From Octopus vulgaris (Eukaryota), in assembly GCA_951406725.2 (NCBI GenBank), contig OX597836.1:30256001-30320000 (forward strand): DNA of 64,000 nucleotides. Direction: 5' to 3'. Below are positions 39,036 through 52,449 of this stretch, one piece after another (position 1 is the first letter of the stretch; each line of letters begins with the position of its first letter). The translations under genes were made by a program, and so were the position numbers. The notes under the pieces are model-generated. The model was not told the DNA's origin. It worked only from the letters and a program-made list of their open reading frames with translations, and ran no database searches.

Positions 39036-39929
39036 GAATGTAAAGTTGATCTAAGTGGAATTTGAACTCAGACTGCAGAGAGTCAGAGCAAATGTTTTCA
39101 AAGCATCTTCCCTGGTGCTCTAACAACTCTACAAACTCAAAGCCATATTGGATAATATAGTCTAACATAAACTGTGTCTGAAAAGATAGGATGGGATGAT
39201 CTTAGCTTGAATGCTTTTTGTCATAGGTTTTGCTGAATCATGACTGAACTCAGGGTCAGTGGTATTGCTGACAACAACAGCAAGAACAACTTTGTGAAGA
39301 CCTTACCACAAAGGAAATGAAGAAGACACAGTTCTGATATGTTTAAAGTTAAGTAATATGAACGAAAATTGAATAAATGTAATCTAGTAAGTGCATGCAC
39401 ATTTATGGTGCACCTTCCATGCAAGAGAGAAATGCTAAAAGATTTGTTGCACAACAACAACAACTACAATTGCCACGCGTCAAAAGAAGTCTTTTTGCGT
39501 CAAATTTACTGTTCCAATGAAATATTAAATAAAGTTATTGATATCATAAACTACATTTGAGTAGATGTATTCTGATATTGCAAAATTACCCAATCTCACT
39601 ATGAGGGCTTTTAATGTGGTGATGAAACAGTGAATGTCCATTTCTCATACTGTTTCTAAGATTTGCTGCTTATCACAAGATCAAGTAAAATACTTGCCAC
39701 ACACATTATATACTTTAAGATTTCGCTTAGGCACAGTAATATTAATAACCTGCTGTTAAAACTCAATGTAAGTTATAAGGTGATGTACAAACACACGGCT
39801 CTGAATGTACAGCATCTTATAGCAGGAACAGCTATAAGCTAGCGAATTTCATCATATAAATCCTGTTCCCCTTTGTAATTTCTTTAATTCTTTGTTCGAT
39901 GGTATGTATATTTGTATGTATGATTTACT

Positions 39930-40141
39930 CAGCCGGTGGCACATAAAATACACCAATCCGACCGTGGCCGTTGCCAGCCTCGCCTGGCACCTGTGCAGGT
40001 GGCATCCAGCTGTAGAAACATTGCCAGATAAGACTGGAGCCTGGTGCAGCCTTCTGGCTTCCCAGATCCCCGGTCGAACCGTCCAACCCATGCTAGCATG
40101 GAGAACGGACGTTAAACGATGATGATGATGATGATGATGAT
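39930..40141 (+). mobile_element. Family S4b RTE-tail element
   Basis: GACTGGAGCCTGGTGCAGCC...CCAACCCATGCTAGCATGGAGAACGGACGTTAAACG(ATG)n. Confidence 0.85.
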
Positions 40142-40205
40142 AGCCTTTCCTCACTTTAAAAAAAATCTTCTTGCACAGGCATTGCATGATAACAACATTG
40201 ATTAA

Positions 40206-40426
40206 CCCTTTCGTTACCAACCCTGCTGAAACCGGCTCTGGCTCTTTAGTACAAATGTCTGGTTTTCAAAAGTTCTGAATTAAAACCTTCCACCAAACCT
40301 TAGTCACAATTTATGTCCCTAACTCTAGCTTAATGATAACGATGTTATTTTACTTAATTCTTTGTTATATTTAACATAATTGGAAGAAACACTGAGCATC
40401 TCAAAATAAATTCAGTAACGAAAGGG
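40206..40426. mobile_element. piggyBac-type MITE P1
   Basis: TTAA|CCCTTTCGTTAC...GTAACGAAAGGG|TTAA; older related copies at 20600-20828 and 40742-40957. Confidence 0.92.
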
Positions 40427-41030
40427 TTAAGCTTCGTGCAATGGCTATATTTGATAACGAGGGGGCAGCCACCATGTATATATGTATGTATGCATGCATA
40501 TATATGTACATCTGTAAGTCTGTCTCACTTTGCAGGTTAACTGAATTCTCCTTCTCATCAAGTCTACTTCTGATATAGTTAAACTTTGTTCTGCCAAAGT
40601 GAAACACATTTCCTTAAACCTTCACTTATTATTGCAGGGTCAACAGAAGAACATGGTGTTGCATTAAAAGACATCTCTACCCATATTCTATAGTTTATGG
40701 ATCTGAGCCACAATCAATATTGCATTTAGATATAAGCTTAACTCTTTTATTATAGTTTTGTCTTGTTTTTCTTTTGCAATATGCTGCTTTTGTTTGAATT
40801 TATTTTGAAAATACTGAAAAACTTAATAAAGTAACTTGGTCATTTTTGAAACATAAATTAACATGGAATTTTGATGGAAGGTTTAAATTTAGATCACTTA
40901 AAAACAGTTTGTATCATGGAACTAAGGACAGTCTCAAGTGGGCTGGTATCAAAATGGTTAAATCAAGCTACAGTCAACGGCCTAACAATCTACAAGGACC
41001 TCAGAGTTATGAAAAAAAAAATGTTTTTGT

Positions 41031-41420
41031 TGTAGCGAAAATGGTACTCCCCTTCACATGTAATAAAGTGGTATTATGAGTCCCTATAAAGTCAAATAGT
41101 CAGTTGTTGGAAAAAAGTCAGAAATAGAACAGTCAGTTGTTGTAGAAAGTCAGACATAGTAGGGTCATTGTACAAGTTCACAGTTGGAGTCCATTGTATA
41201 TGAGTTTGAGTTACCGAATATCAGTTACATGATATACGAGTTCGAGTTACCGCATGTCAAAGTCATTGTCTTACGGAGATATCAGTGATAGTACAATAGA
41301 TGAGTCAAAGATTAGATGCAGAATACGACCCCAACATAATAGTGGCAACAAGGATATTACAATGCAGACAACAACGTACAAGTGGACAAGGATCCACATT
41401 ATAAAAGTGGTGAAGAGGAT
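41031..41420 (+). mobile_element. Probable Gypsy-type 5' LTR with degenerate PBS
   Basis: TGTAGCG...GATCCACA (TG..CA), internal AGTCAGTTGTTG and GAGTT.GAGTTACCG subrepeats, then TGGTGAAGAGGAT resembling the tRNA-Ser PBS TGGCGACGAGGAT. Confidence 0.45.
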
Positions 41421-41735
41421 ATAAACAATTCACATGGGCAACATTGAAAAAAAATTTTTTTTCGAGAATTGGTTTCAGTATGATGTGTTTATTTATTTTA
41501 GTAGTTTTGACTTTAAGAGTCCCTCCTAGCGTGAGACATCTATGTGTAATAGTGCCCTCTATATAATATAAATAAATAAATTTAAAAGAAAAAGATTGAT
41601 GGTTTTTTTTTTCTCTTATGAGGTTTTTCACACTAACTACTTGATAAATTCTTATGAAGATTTTATCCTATTTTTAAATTGTGTGTGTGTATATATATAT
41701 ATATATATGTATGTATATATTCTTGTACTCCCTCT

Positions 41736-41935
41736 TCTACTTTTTTTACACATTTCAGTCATTTGACTGTGGCCATGCTGGAGCACCACCTTTAGTCAAA
41801 GAAATCGACCTCAGGACTTATTCTTTACAAGCCTAGTACTTATTCTAGTACAGTCTCTTTTACCGAACCACAAAGTTTTGGGGATATAAATACATCAACA
41901 TCGGTTGTCAAGTGATGGTGGGAGGTGGGACACAG

Positions 41936-41990
<55 letters not shown>

Positions 41991-42198
41991 TAGATTGACA
42001 GACAGACAGACAGACAGATAGATATACATATACATATATACGATGGGCTTTCAGTTTCTGTCTACCAAATCCACTCACAAGGCTTTGGTTGGCCTGAAGT
42101 TGTAGTAGAAGACACTTGCCCAAGGTGCTACACAGTGGAGTTGAACTCGGAACCATGTGGTTGAGAGGCAAGCTTCTTACCACACAGCCATGCCTGTA
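41736..42198 (-). mobile_element. SINE family S2, full length with expanded internal microsatellite
   Basis: Reverse complement of the 48884-49280 consensus. Confidence 0.9.
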
Positions 42199-44093
42199 CC
42201 AATGCACACACACACACATATATACATATATCATAATGGGCTTCCACAAAGTTTCCTGCAACCAACTTGCATACAGAAATCTTTTACTCAACTGGAAACT
42301 GTGACCATAAACACTTCTGTAAGGTGCTATGCAACGAGATTGAACCAGAAACTACACAGTTGCAAAGCAAACTGATTAGCCACCCAGCCACATCTGCCTG
42401 ATCGGAAACATTCAGCTGAACGCTTCCTTCACGGATAATGAATAAAATACAAGTAAATCATCAATTCTCTGTGACATGAAAGAGTACAGAGTTGTTGTAG
42501 ACATACTGGTTGAAGAACACAATAAAGACATTTGTAGACTTTGAGAAATATGGTCTCACACTGGTACTGGCTTTTCAAGCAAATCTAAGTGATGTCTCCA
42601 AAGAACCTGACAACTTACAAATGAAATTGATTGAGTTCTAGTTAGATGATGTTCTGATGTCGCAATTTGAAATATGGAAAACACTGCTGTATATCTACGC
42701 TAATAACGGCGTCGTGAATTAATGAGGGAGACTCGTTTTGGTCACACGATTTGCTAGAAATAGCAGCAAATTGTTTCTTATTGTTTCAAAAAAAAAAAAA
42801 AAAAAAAAAAAGGAAAGATAAAAACACTTTGGATAGTGTAGAATGGGTTACATTGTATCTAAATTAATAAAAAGAGAAACAAAAAACAAAGAGAATGATC
42901 ATGGCTGGAATGCTTTTTAACATAGTTCTCTTTAATTAGGGCTGATCTAATGGTAAACAACAACAACAACATGTTCTTCTGGTGTTGCTTTGTTTTGGCA
43001 CAACCTACTTTTGAAAATTGATGGATTTTTTTTTTTTTTTTTTTTTTGTTAATGTTTAATACAAATTAAAATGTCTTTGAGATATCTTAGATAACAAAAA
43101 CATTTCCTGAAGGACCAATTAAAAACCATACTGAACAATAATGGAGCCAAATATCTGATTCCTATTTCACAGTGTGCAGTCACAAAAAATTGTTTCTTGT
43201 TTTTCTGTTTATCATTAGTATTATTATCAACTTGTTCAAACAAATAAGTGGTCTTTTATTTTCCCCTAAATATTTATTTTGTCTAAAGATATCATATGCT
43301 AACATGTATATGATGAACCATCATATGAATGAATACAGAAGAAATAAATTGAGATCTTGCAACAGAAAAAAAACCCAACAAAGAAGTGGTTACCACCATA
43401 ATATTGTACATCCGCTTAGTGATTCTCTCAATATTTTAACCAACAATTGACATAATTATTTTTAATTAGATGTTACATGCTCTCAACATTAAACATATTA
43501 ATGTTAGCTCAACCAAAATATTAATACTCATTATCTGCTAAAAGTACATTCATACCACCTGTTCTGGAATTATTACTTAGCCATAACTCATACACACAGC
43601 CTCCTCCATTTCCTCTTAGTGATCAGTCTAGTTTAGACACATTTATCCAAGATGACAAATCCCAGTGGTGTAGTAGTACTCTCTCTCTCTTTCTCTTTGT
43701 CTCTCTACAAGAATCTATCCAAATTTTTGGAATTCGATAGTGTCTCTCATCATATCATACTTGGTAGAATAAAAAAAAACACACACACACATGAACATAT
43801 TAGATGCATGCCAATTTCAGCAGTGTATATTTAGAGGAAGGGAATAACCCTTTGTAATGCATTAAAGCTTATAGGAGGCCCAACTTCACATACAGGACCT
43901 GGGTTGATATTTTTTGGGGAGAAAATAGAGTGTGTCCTACATGCCATCAACTATGGTATCTTAACTTCAAACATAAAAAAAAATACAGGAAAAGAAGCAC
44001 AAAAATTTTTTCAAGTGTTCACAAGGATGTTTGAATTTGATGGTAATCTTCGATTAGGGGCCGAGAGATGTTATTTTCCAGGCCTCTGCTCAT

Positions 44094-44151
<58 letters not shown>

Positions 44152-44964
44152 CATACACTCTTATTCAAATTTCAAAATGACTTAAGTGAATAAGTACAGC
44201 AGCAACTACGGCATTCAAACTAAGTCTACCTTGTTTGTTTCTGCAGTAGCTACTACCAGAATCAAAAAATCTACAGACGAGCCAAGAGAAATTTTTGGTT
44301 ATTCAACATGCAAGAATCAGAAACCATATCTCTCTCACATACGTCATATCAAGTGATCAACCAGACTATCTAATGTTGTTATACATCACTGGTCACAATG
44401 CACTTAGCATCATTTCAGCTTTTGAATGATACCACCTTGCTGGCTAGGTGAGCAGGCTATATATACCTCGTATAGATTACTTATTTTAAGATTGCCAATC
44501 AGTCAGTCAGTCTTTCTCAGGATGAAATCTGAGAAGTCTGTATGCACAGTAGCAACACTGTACGAATATTGGGACAGTGTTCCATCATGGATCACCTGTG
44601 ATCACAGTTTTATTTTGATTATGATCGTAATTGATCTGGGTCTAAGCAACAACAATGAATTCTCAAATTTCAGGTTGCAAGCTTAATTTGTTGGCCAGAT
44701 TACCACCACCTGGACCTTGGTGTGTATACAACACATATTCAAACCAGGTCTTCAGTTTAAAGATACTTTCCTCCCACAAATCAAAGAAGCTTTGAAAGGG
44801 TTCTGTATATTCCTTTTCCTCTTCTGAGCAGGCCATTAATTAAGACAGACTAAAAAATGATATTTAATCATAACATTTGTAACATAAAAATTAAGAAACA
44901 TTTAGAATTGAAGAAAAAAAATCAACAAATAACTTACATCTATATTACATATAACTGTATCTAG

Positions 44965-45156
44965 ACGCCATGATAGATCATTAGCCACTACACACATTTT
45001 TTTCTCTCCTTGTTTTTTCTGTGTCCCTTTCTGTAGAAGATCATAGGCTCGAAACGTAAAAGACTTTTTCTATTCCTGAGCATTATACTAATACATCTGT
45101 TTGTTTTGTACACCACCTGTCTTCGTCTTTTGTTGTTTTTTCCGTAAGCTCTCCCT
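44965..45156 (+). mobile_element. 192-bp PLE-end-like insertion with hammerhead-like motif and 16-bp flanking direct repeat
   Basis: ATATAACTGTATCTAG at 44949-44964 and 45157-45172; CTTT-CTGTAGA-aGATCatagGCTC-GAAACGTA-AAAG. Confidence 0.6.
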
Positions 45157-45239
45157 ATATAACTGTATCTAGTTCCACATAACATTATCTTGTTTCATAT
45201 AACTGTGACTCATTTCATTTTACTGTATCCAGTGCTATA

Positions 45240-45660
45240 TGAATGTTGGGTAACACAAGCAGCTGAAATGGGGTTCCAACAAGTGATCTCTGCAGTAATG
45301 TTACTCAACAGGATGTACAGCTTGGAGTTCAGCAGGTCCCACCAGGTTCAGCCGCTACTTCACTGCATTGGGAGGCCACAACTTTGGTACTCAGTCATGT
45401 AATTAGAGTATAGCAGGATAGAAACTGAATTGCAAAATAGACTCATCAAGCCAAACCAACCGGCAGGTGACCTGGGGGTAGTCCAAGAACAAGATGGTTG
45501 GTTGCATAATATTCATTTTCTCAGTTGGTCATGCTTTGGGATCCTACTAGAAATTGCAATGACAGTTATTTCTGATTGGACCCTATGGAGAAGGTGCCAG
45601 AGGACTTTACTCTCATGACCCTCCCAGAATTAGCGGGCTGAGAAGATGGATGGATTGATA
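45240..45660 (+). mobile_element. RTE-clade (Expander-like) LINE 3' fragment
   Basis: TQAAEMGFQQVISAVMLLNRMYSLEF..VQPLLHCIGRPQLW resembles QAAEMxFLRR..LDRVRS..VEPLLL.IERSQLRW. Confidence 0.75.
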
Positions 45661-45690
45661 ATTCTATATAGCTGTACTTAGTATTATATC

Positions 45691-45912
45691 AAGGTGGCGA
45701 GCTGGCAGAATCGTTAGCACGCCGGGTGAAATGCGTAACCGTATTTTGTCTGCCGTTACGTTCTGAGTTCAAATTCCGCCGAGGTCGACTTTACCTTTCA
45801 TCCTTTCGGGGTCGATAAATTAAGTACCAGTTACGCACTGAGGTCAATGTAATTGACTTAATCCCTTTGTTTGTCCTCTCTATGTTTAGCCCCTTGTGAG
45901 CAATAAAGAAAT
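45691..45912 (+). mobile_element. SINE family S1 with TSD TGTACTTAGTAT
   Basis: Full-length, high identity to the other S1 copies. Confidence 0.92.
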
Positions 45913-47034
45913 ATGTACTTAGTATCATATTACTGTATCCAGTTTTATATCACTCTACATCTCATGTAACTGTACATAGTTCCATAATATTCCATATTAC
46001 AATATGTTCTATATCACTGTATCTTATTCCATACTACAACACAGTATTCTATATTATTGTGTCTAGTTCTGAAATTTCTAAAACAGAAAATAGAATAGCA
46101 TTTTATAGAAACATACTAGTTGAGGTGTCGGTCTACTAGCTTCCAAAAACAATGGTTCATATAATGCTATTTGAGTCTTTTAGTATTGCAGATTATGCGA
46201 ATTAATCTAATAAGGACATTGACAATTTTACTAATATCCAGACATTCAGTACATGTCAATAATATAACAAGAGACACTTGATGAATTGAAAATATATTTC
46301 GGCTGATGAAACGTGTAATATATATGTGTGTGTGTGTGTAGTGTTAATCAGTAGATATACATATACATACACAGATAAATACACACATACATGTATATAT
46401 ATATACATATATACAAAACACACATTACACAGACAAACACATATACCTAATTATGTAAATATGTGTATAACATATAATAGAAACTAATATTACTAATATA
46501 ATACCACGGTTTCATCTTTCTGACAAACTGAAAGCTGAAACTTGTAATTGTATTAATAAAGTTGCAGCTTTGTTAAATTTTATTATTAGTCTATGCTTCA
46601 TATTGAGCACTTTTTTACTTCTTTTTGAGTGCACCGATGTGCATTCATTCATTTACTCTGTGTATGTGTGCGCGTGCACACACACGAATGATTCCCGTCA
46701 CTTACCTTGTCTTCTTGTATAAGTCCACCTGGGTTAATTTGCAATGTTTTATACATGATTACTGAAGGAATACTGTTCTATAGAAACAGCGTTGTGGCTT
46801 GTTTGATTCTTACATGAATAGACTTCTGTTTTTGCCAACAGATTTTAATCACTATATATTAATTATACTCCGTGTACCCAGTGTTAGTTATAGACACACA
46901 AGAGATGTAGTGGAATCAGAAGCAGGCTAGCAGAGAAAGCAGGCTTTGTGAGTTGGCAGATGCACTGGGACAATAAGCACTAAGAAGACACTGGGAGGAA
47001 TAGATTCTCTGAAATGCTAGGCTGGTTCACTAGA

Positions 47035-47500
47035 AACAGCTGATAGCTTTCATTATCTAGGAGGCATAATTAGCTGAGGAGGTGGTTGTTTTAAAAGAAC
47101 AGTAGCTACAGTAGCTAGAGTATGAACAAGTTGGGAGAAATTCAGGGATTTATCAAATTTGCTGGCAACAAAGGGCAGATCGATGCTTGTGTTTGAACTG
47201 TGGTGCTGTATGGTTAGTGAGATATGGGCTTTGAATATGGAAGACTTGTGAAGGCTAGAAAGAAATGAAGCAAGCATACCCCAATGGATGTGTAATCTTA
47301 GTGTGCTTGAGTACAAATGAGATGAGAGAAAAATTGTTATAAGGAGAATCAGATGAAGTGTGCAAAGAGAAAGTTGCACTGATATGAGCAAGTGATCAAT
47401 ATGGAGGATGGTTGTCATACACACCAAGTATTTGGAACCCATAGAAGAAGGGGAATGAGGATGACAAGGGACAAAGTAGTGAGGGCTAACCTGAAGATAT
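47035..47500 (+). mobile_element. RTE/RTE-X LINE ORF2 C-terminal fossil
   Basis: DSFHYLG..SWEKFRDL..LLATKG..DACV*TVVLYG-SEIWALNMEDL*RLERNEAS..WMCNLSV. Confidence 0.75.
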
Positions 47501-47823
47501 TGCATTACAAAGAAAAGCAACCACCCTTTGTGAAATGCATGTTGAAATGTAGTAGAGACAGAAATTGTAATTTCTCTCTCGATATAAATGTGTGCGTGTG
47601 CAAGGAAATGAACAAGCAGAACTGTTAACACACTGGACAAAATGTAGCTTTTTGTCTATATTTATGTTCTGAGTTCAAATTCTACTGACATCAATTTTGC
47701 CTTTCAGGATCAATAAAATAGATATCAGTTGAGTAGAGGGGTTGATGCCATTGACTTACTTCATCCCCCCAAACATGCTGGCCACATGCCAAAATTTGAA
47801 ACCAGTTTGTGTGCGTGTGAGCA

Positions 47824-47863
<40 letters not shown>

Positions 47864-48554
47864 TGTGTGTGGAGAGAGAGAGAGAGAGAGAGATGATTGA
47901 GTTTGTGTATACATATACATGTGTTTTTTCTCCTGACCAGCTACTCGTTTTTATATTTTTTGCTCACCTTTTAATACTGTTTTTCTTTACTGTTTCGCCC
48001 ACTTACCTATATCATATTCACACCTAATCACCTTCATCTCCTACACCTCCAATCCACACATCCCTACCTAATCACCCATACTCTACACATCTCCCCCATA
48101 TGCCCATCCTCCTACACATATACCCATCTATACCTGCACACAACACCCTGCCTCTTTCTCTCTTACTCCTCCACATAGAACTACATTCTCAATCAGCACC
48201 TAATTTTTTCTTCTTCCTTCCTTTCCACCACCTTTCCTTTATTTTTTTTCATTTTTCCAATGAAGGACTAGAGTCCAAAACATTAAGAACCCTTCCCCCT
48301 TTTTTTTCAAGCATTATAGCAATAACACCTTTGCTAAAACTTGTTAAAACTTGTTTTGCTCATTCATCATATACAAACATACATTTGTATCTTGCCAAGC
48401 TTACATTTGCTGTCACTCTTTGCACCCCTGATCCCTTCTATCTTATCTGTTGAACATCTTCCTTCTTTTACAAGTCCCCTTTATTCACTTCAAATATCTT
48501 GTTTTCCCTATCAGTCATACACCTCTGTCTCTGATCTCTCCACCACTTGTGAAG

Positions 48555-48880
48555 CTATCCGTTGGTTATGACAATAAGTGTTTATATTGATCTGATCAAT
48601 GGAACAGCCTACTCATGAAATTAATGTGCAAATGGCTGAGCACTCCACAGACACGTGAACCCTTAACGCCGTTCTCAGAGAGATTCAGCATGACATAGAA
48701 CACAGAATGTGACATGGCTGGCCCTTCTGAATTACAAATACAACTCATTTTTGCCAACTGAGCAGACTGGAATAATGACGAATAAAATGTCTTGCTGAAG
48801 GGCACAACATGCTACCAAAAATCGAACTCGCAACCTTACGATCATGAGCTGAATAACCTAACTAAGCCATGCACCTTCAC
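48555..48880 (-). mobile_element. SINE family S3
   Basis: Minus-strand head GTGAAGGTGCATGGCTTAGTTAGGGTATTCAGCTCATGATCGTAAGGTTGCGAGTTCGATT. Confidence 0.88.
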
Positions 48881-48883
48881 ATA

Positions 48884-49280
48884 GGTGCAGGAGTGGCTGT
48901 GTGGTAAGTAGCTTGTTTACCAACCACATGGTTCCAGGTTCAGTCCCACTCCGTGGCACCTTGGGCAAGTGTCTTCTACTATAGCCTTGGGCCGACCAAA
49001 GCCTTGTGAGTGGATTTGGTAGACGGAAACTGAAAGAAGCCCGTCGTATATATGTGTGTGTGTGTGTGAGTTTGTATGTCTGTGTTTGTCCCCCCAACAT
49101 CGCTTGACAGCTGATGCTGGTGTGTTTATGTCCCCGTCACTTAGCAGTCCAGCAACGAGACCGATAGAATAAGTACTGGGCTTACAAAGAATAAGTCCTG
49201 GGGTCGAGTTGCTCGATTAAAGGCGGTGCTGCAGCATGGCCGCAGTCAAATGACTGAAACAAGTAAAAGAGTCAAGAGTA
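48884..49280 (+). mobile_element. SINE family S2, full length (tRNA head, CORE-like CCTTGGGCAAGT segment, internal (TG)n; resembles octopus OR-type SINEs)
   Basis: A-box TGGCTGTGTGG, B-box GGTTCAGTCCC, 3' end CAAATGACTGAAACAAGTAAAAGAG; many copies in the window. Confidence 0.92.
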
Positions 49281-51602
49281 ATGCAAAAATACCCTGCAGA
49301 CTGCAACAGTAAAATAGAAATAAAAGTTTTTCGAATTTATTCTTTCTGTGTAGCCCAAAACCAAATGAACCATGGCTGGTGGTTAGGAAACCCCTACACA
49401 GCAGATCACCCTTACCATTCTGTCCCTCCCTTTCTCATTAACAGCTGACAGAAAATCTCTTCCTTTTCCCATCCATACTCCCTTCTGTTGTGTTTATACA
49501 GTTACCCTCTCCACCATCATCTTCTCACAACTATGAATCTGTTCTCATCATACAATACAATTTATCACAATCCCACATAGAATCATCACTCTCACTCTCT
49601 GATTCTCATTCAATTATAGAAATCTCTTTAGTTCCTTCAGTCTTGCAAAGTTGCAAGGCAATTTCACAAGTGCTAGTATCATGGAAGAAAGCAACCATTG
49701 CACTCTATAAAGTTATTGGTGTTTGGAAAGGCACACAGCCATAGAAACCATGCCAAACAAACATTGGTGCATGATGCAGTCCTCTAACTTGGTGGATTCT
49801 GTTGAACTGTCCAGCATGGAAAGCAAATGTTAAATGATGATGGTAATGATGATGACTAGTGGTGGTACTCAGCCTTGTCCAATTATATTACTGCCTAAAA
49901 TATATTCAATAACATGCATTCATTATATTTTTGCACAAACTGCTTCACAAAATGATGCTGACAAACTTCAGTTAGCCCATTACTCAGAAATGTTCAAGCC
50001 AATCAATTCAGAATACAGCCCAAGTTGAGCTTTCTAATTTATGTTTTCAGAAAAATATGCGTTTTTTTTTTTTTTTTTTTTTCTATTTTTACAAAATACT
50101 GTACTAATTAATTCTAAATGAATTGCTTTCCTAATTGGTAATTTTGCCAATGCCTATTACAGTGGTTTTAGATTTTCATCTTAAGCTAAAAAGTTAAGCT
50201 AAAAAAAAGAAACAAGTTTTAATAGCAGTTATTATTGCCTGTGACCTTCTCCATAAAAAGATGTACCCCTATGCAAAATTTCAGCTACCTAGGTGCCAAA
50301 CTAAGGTTTACAAACTTGAAAGAAAGAAAGGAAGGAAGGAAGATGGGGTCGATGGACTAAACATACATTCATACATTCACTTTTAAATATTAAGATTTGA
50401 AGAAATGCCAATATCATTAGTAGCCCCTGTGAAACAGATTAATGTTCCAGCATCTAGGGCTGACATTTAATGTTTGAAACCTACAACTTGGAACATACAT
50501 CCATTTACTTTATACATTAAGATAAAATTCAAGGTTGTTGTTGTTGTTGTTCTTAAGACCTATATCAGCCCCGAATGAGCAGTCACATGACTAAAAACAT
50601 TCAAGCTATGACTTAATATCACCTTTTATCAGACAAAATCCAACATGTTCTTTAATTTTAAAGCAACAGCATGTGACACGAAGGACATCTGGCTGCTAAT
50701 TCTAGCACATCAAGCAATCACATCTCAGCTCGAGCAAAACTATGTTGTTGAGGTTTAGCCCCAGAGCAGCTGTGATTGAACAGACCTATGATAAATGGCT
50801 GTGTGGTAAGAAGCTTGCTTCCCAAACTTGCGAGTGGATTTGGTAGACAGAAACTGAAAGAAGCCTGTCATATATATGTGCGTGTGTGTCTGTGTATGTG
50901 TGTGTGTCCGTGTGTGTGTTTGTCACTGCTGGCCCCACACCGCTTGACAACCAGTACTGGTGTGTTTACAGCTCCAGAGCTTTGTGATTCTGCAAAAGAA
51001 ACCAATAGGACAAGTACCAAGTACTGGGGTCAATATATTAAACTACAAATTCTTCAGGGCAGTACCCCAGCATGGCCACAGTCTGACGACTGAAACAAGT
51101 AAAAGATAAAAGGTATTCCAACCATAACTATACTGCTTTCAATTAAAACAATATATTTAGGATTAGATTATCTCCCAAGTTCTTCCATTGTTCAAATGGC
51201 AGAAGTGTGTGATTTGAGGAACATCTAGCTGCTATTTCTTGCAGATTGATCGATCATGTAGATGCTCCCTTATTCACTTGAAGGCAATAATGTAGTTTCA
51301 AATGCTGAAGAATACAACAGATATTCCATTCCCACAGCATCAAATCCAATATTTCAAGAGATTTTTTTCCAATAAAACACAAACATCAATTTTTTTTTCA
51401 TTTTTTTTTTTTTCCCCTTTTGTTAATAGAAACCTGGAATACTAAATGAAATAAAGATAGAAGATGGCAGGGAGCCTAGAAGAAAACTCACTTTTGAAAT
51501 TCTGATTCCCTGAATATCGATCATCCCTGATGTGTTACTACTTGCGACCCATCATAATATCATTATCGATAAAGGTTTACAGATACAATTTAATAAGCTC
51601 TA

Positions 51603-51633
<31 letters not shown>

Positions 51634-52449
51634 ATAATAATAATAATAATAATAATAAAAACAGCAGTAACAATAACAACAAGAACAACAACAACAACAA
51701 CAATAATAATAATAATAAAAATAAAATATAGAGAAAAATTATTAGAAAAAAAGAGAAAAACAAATTTATCAAATTTTCAACGGGGAAAATATATTTTTAC
51801 CTTCTGGGTTAAGAAGAAGAAAGAAAGGAGAAATACAACACACCTGGCAATGGAAAAATACTACTACTTCCATAAATTCTTCTTTGATTCCCTATAAAAT
51901 CTATTGATACCTACAGGGCTTACACAAGACAGAAGCTGCTATGTTGTATGAACATACCTAACATATCTGAAATAGTTTATTTGAAGATTACATGAATGAT
52001 GAGAGAATATTTTGTGAAGTATTAACCTGCTACGATATTACACAGAACACAAAACTTACTATGAAGTTCTTCAGCATCGTATATTTTTTTTTTTAATGTT
52101 TACACTGTATGCATATGTGTGTGTGTGTGTGTGTGTGTGTATGCACATTCATGCTACCATGTTGGATGGTCTTGCAGAAGTTATGCGCTTCTAATAATGA
52201 AACAGGTGAAGACTGTTGTTGTTTAGCTCTAAGACAATCTTGACCAAGTAGACATATGATTAAAGGCAACCTGTTTTCTTTTCATGAATCATGTACTTAG
52301 GAGTGCATTACCTAATGTATCTTTAGAAGATGACAGAATGCAGCTTGAGGGAGCATTTGGCTGCTATTTTTAGCAGGACAAGAGACCACACAGGTTGCTT
52401 CATTGGTTCAAGAATCAAATGTATTAGCGTTATTTCTTGTAGAATTTGA

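Larger units (their letters stand above)
39300..43020 (+). mobile_element. Fragmented hAT (Charlie/SPIN-like) transposase fossil split by nested insertions
   Basis: LVSACT-YGAPSM (TDGAP motif, ~39390), EILNKVIDIINYI (~39520), FVDFEK..LQMKLIEF*LDDVL (~42530-42660), FGTTYF (~42995), in colinear order. Confidence 0.65.

Noticed and set aside
46290-46660. CTGATGAAACG and CTGACAAA...GAAAC hammerhead-like words
   Set aside because: Stems cannot be built; at most heavily decayed PLE ends
47053-47640. 195-aa minus-strand ORF
   Set aside because: Antisense shadow of a decayed RTE LINE on the plus strand
48884-48960. tRNA-like A/B boxes
   Set aside because: SINE heads; no complete cloverleaf or terminator, and they continue into SINE bodies
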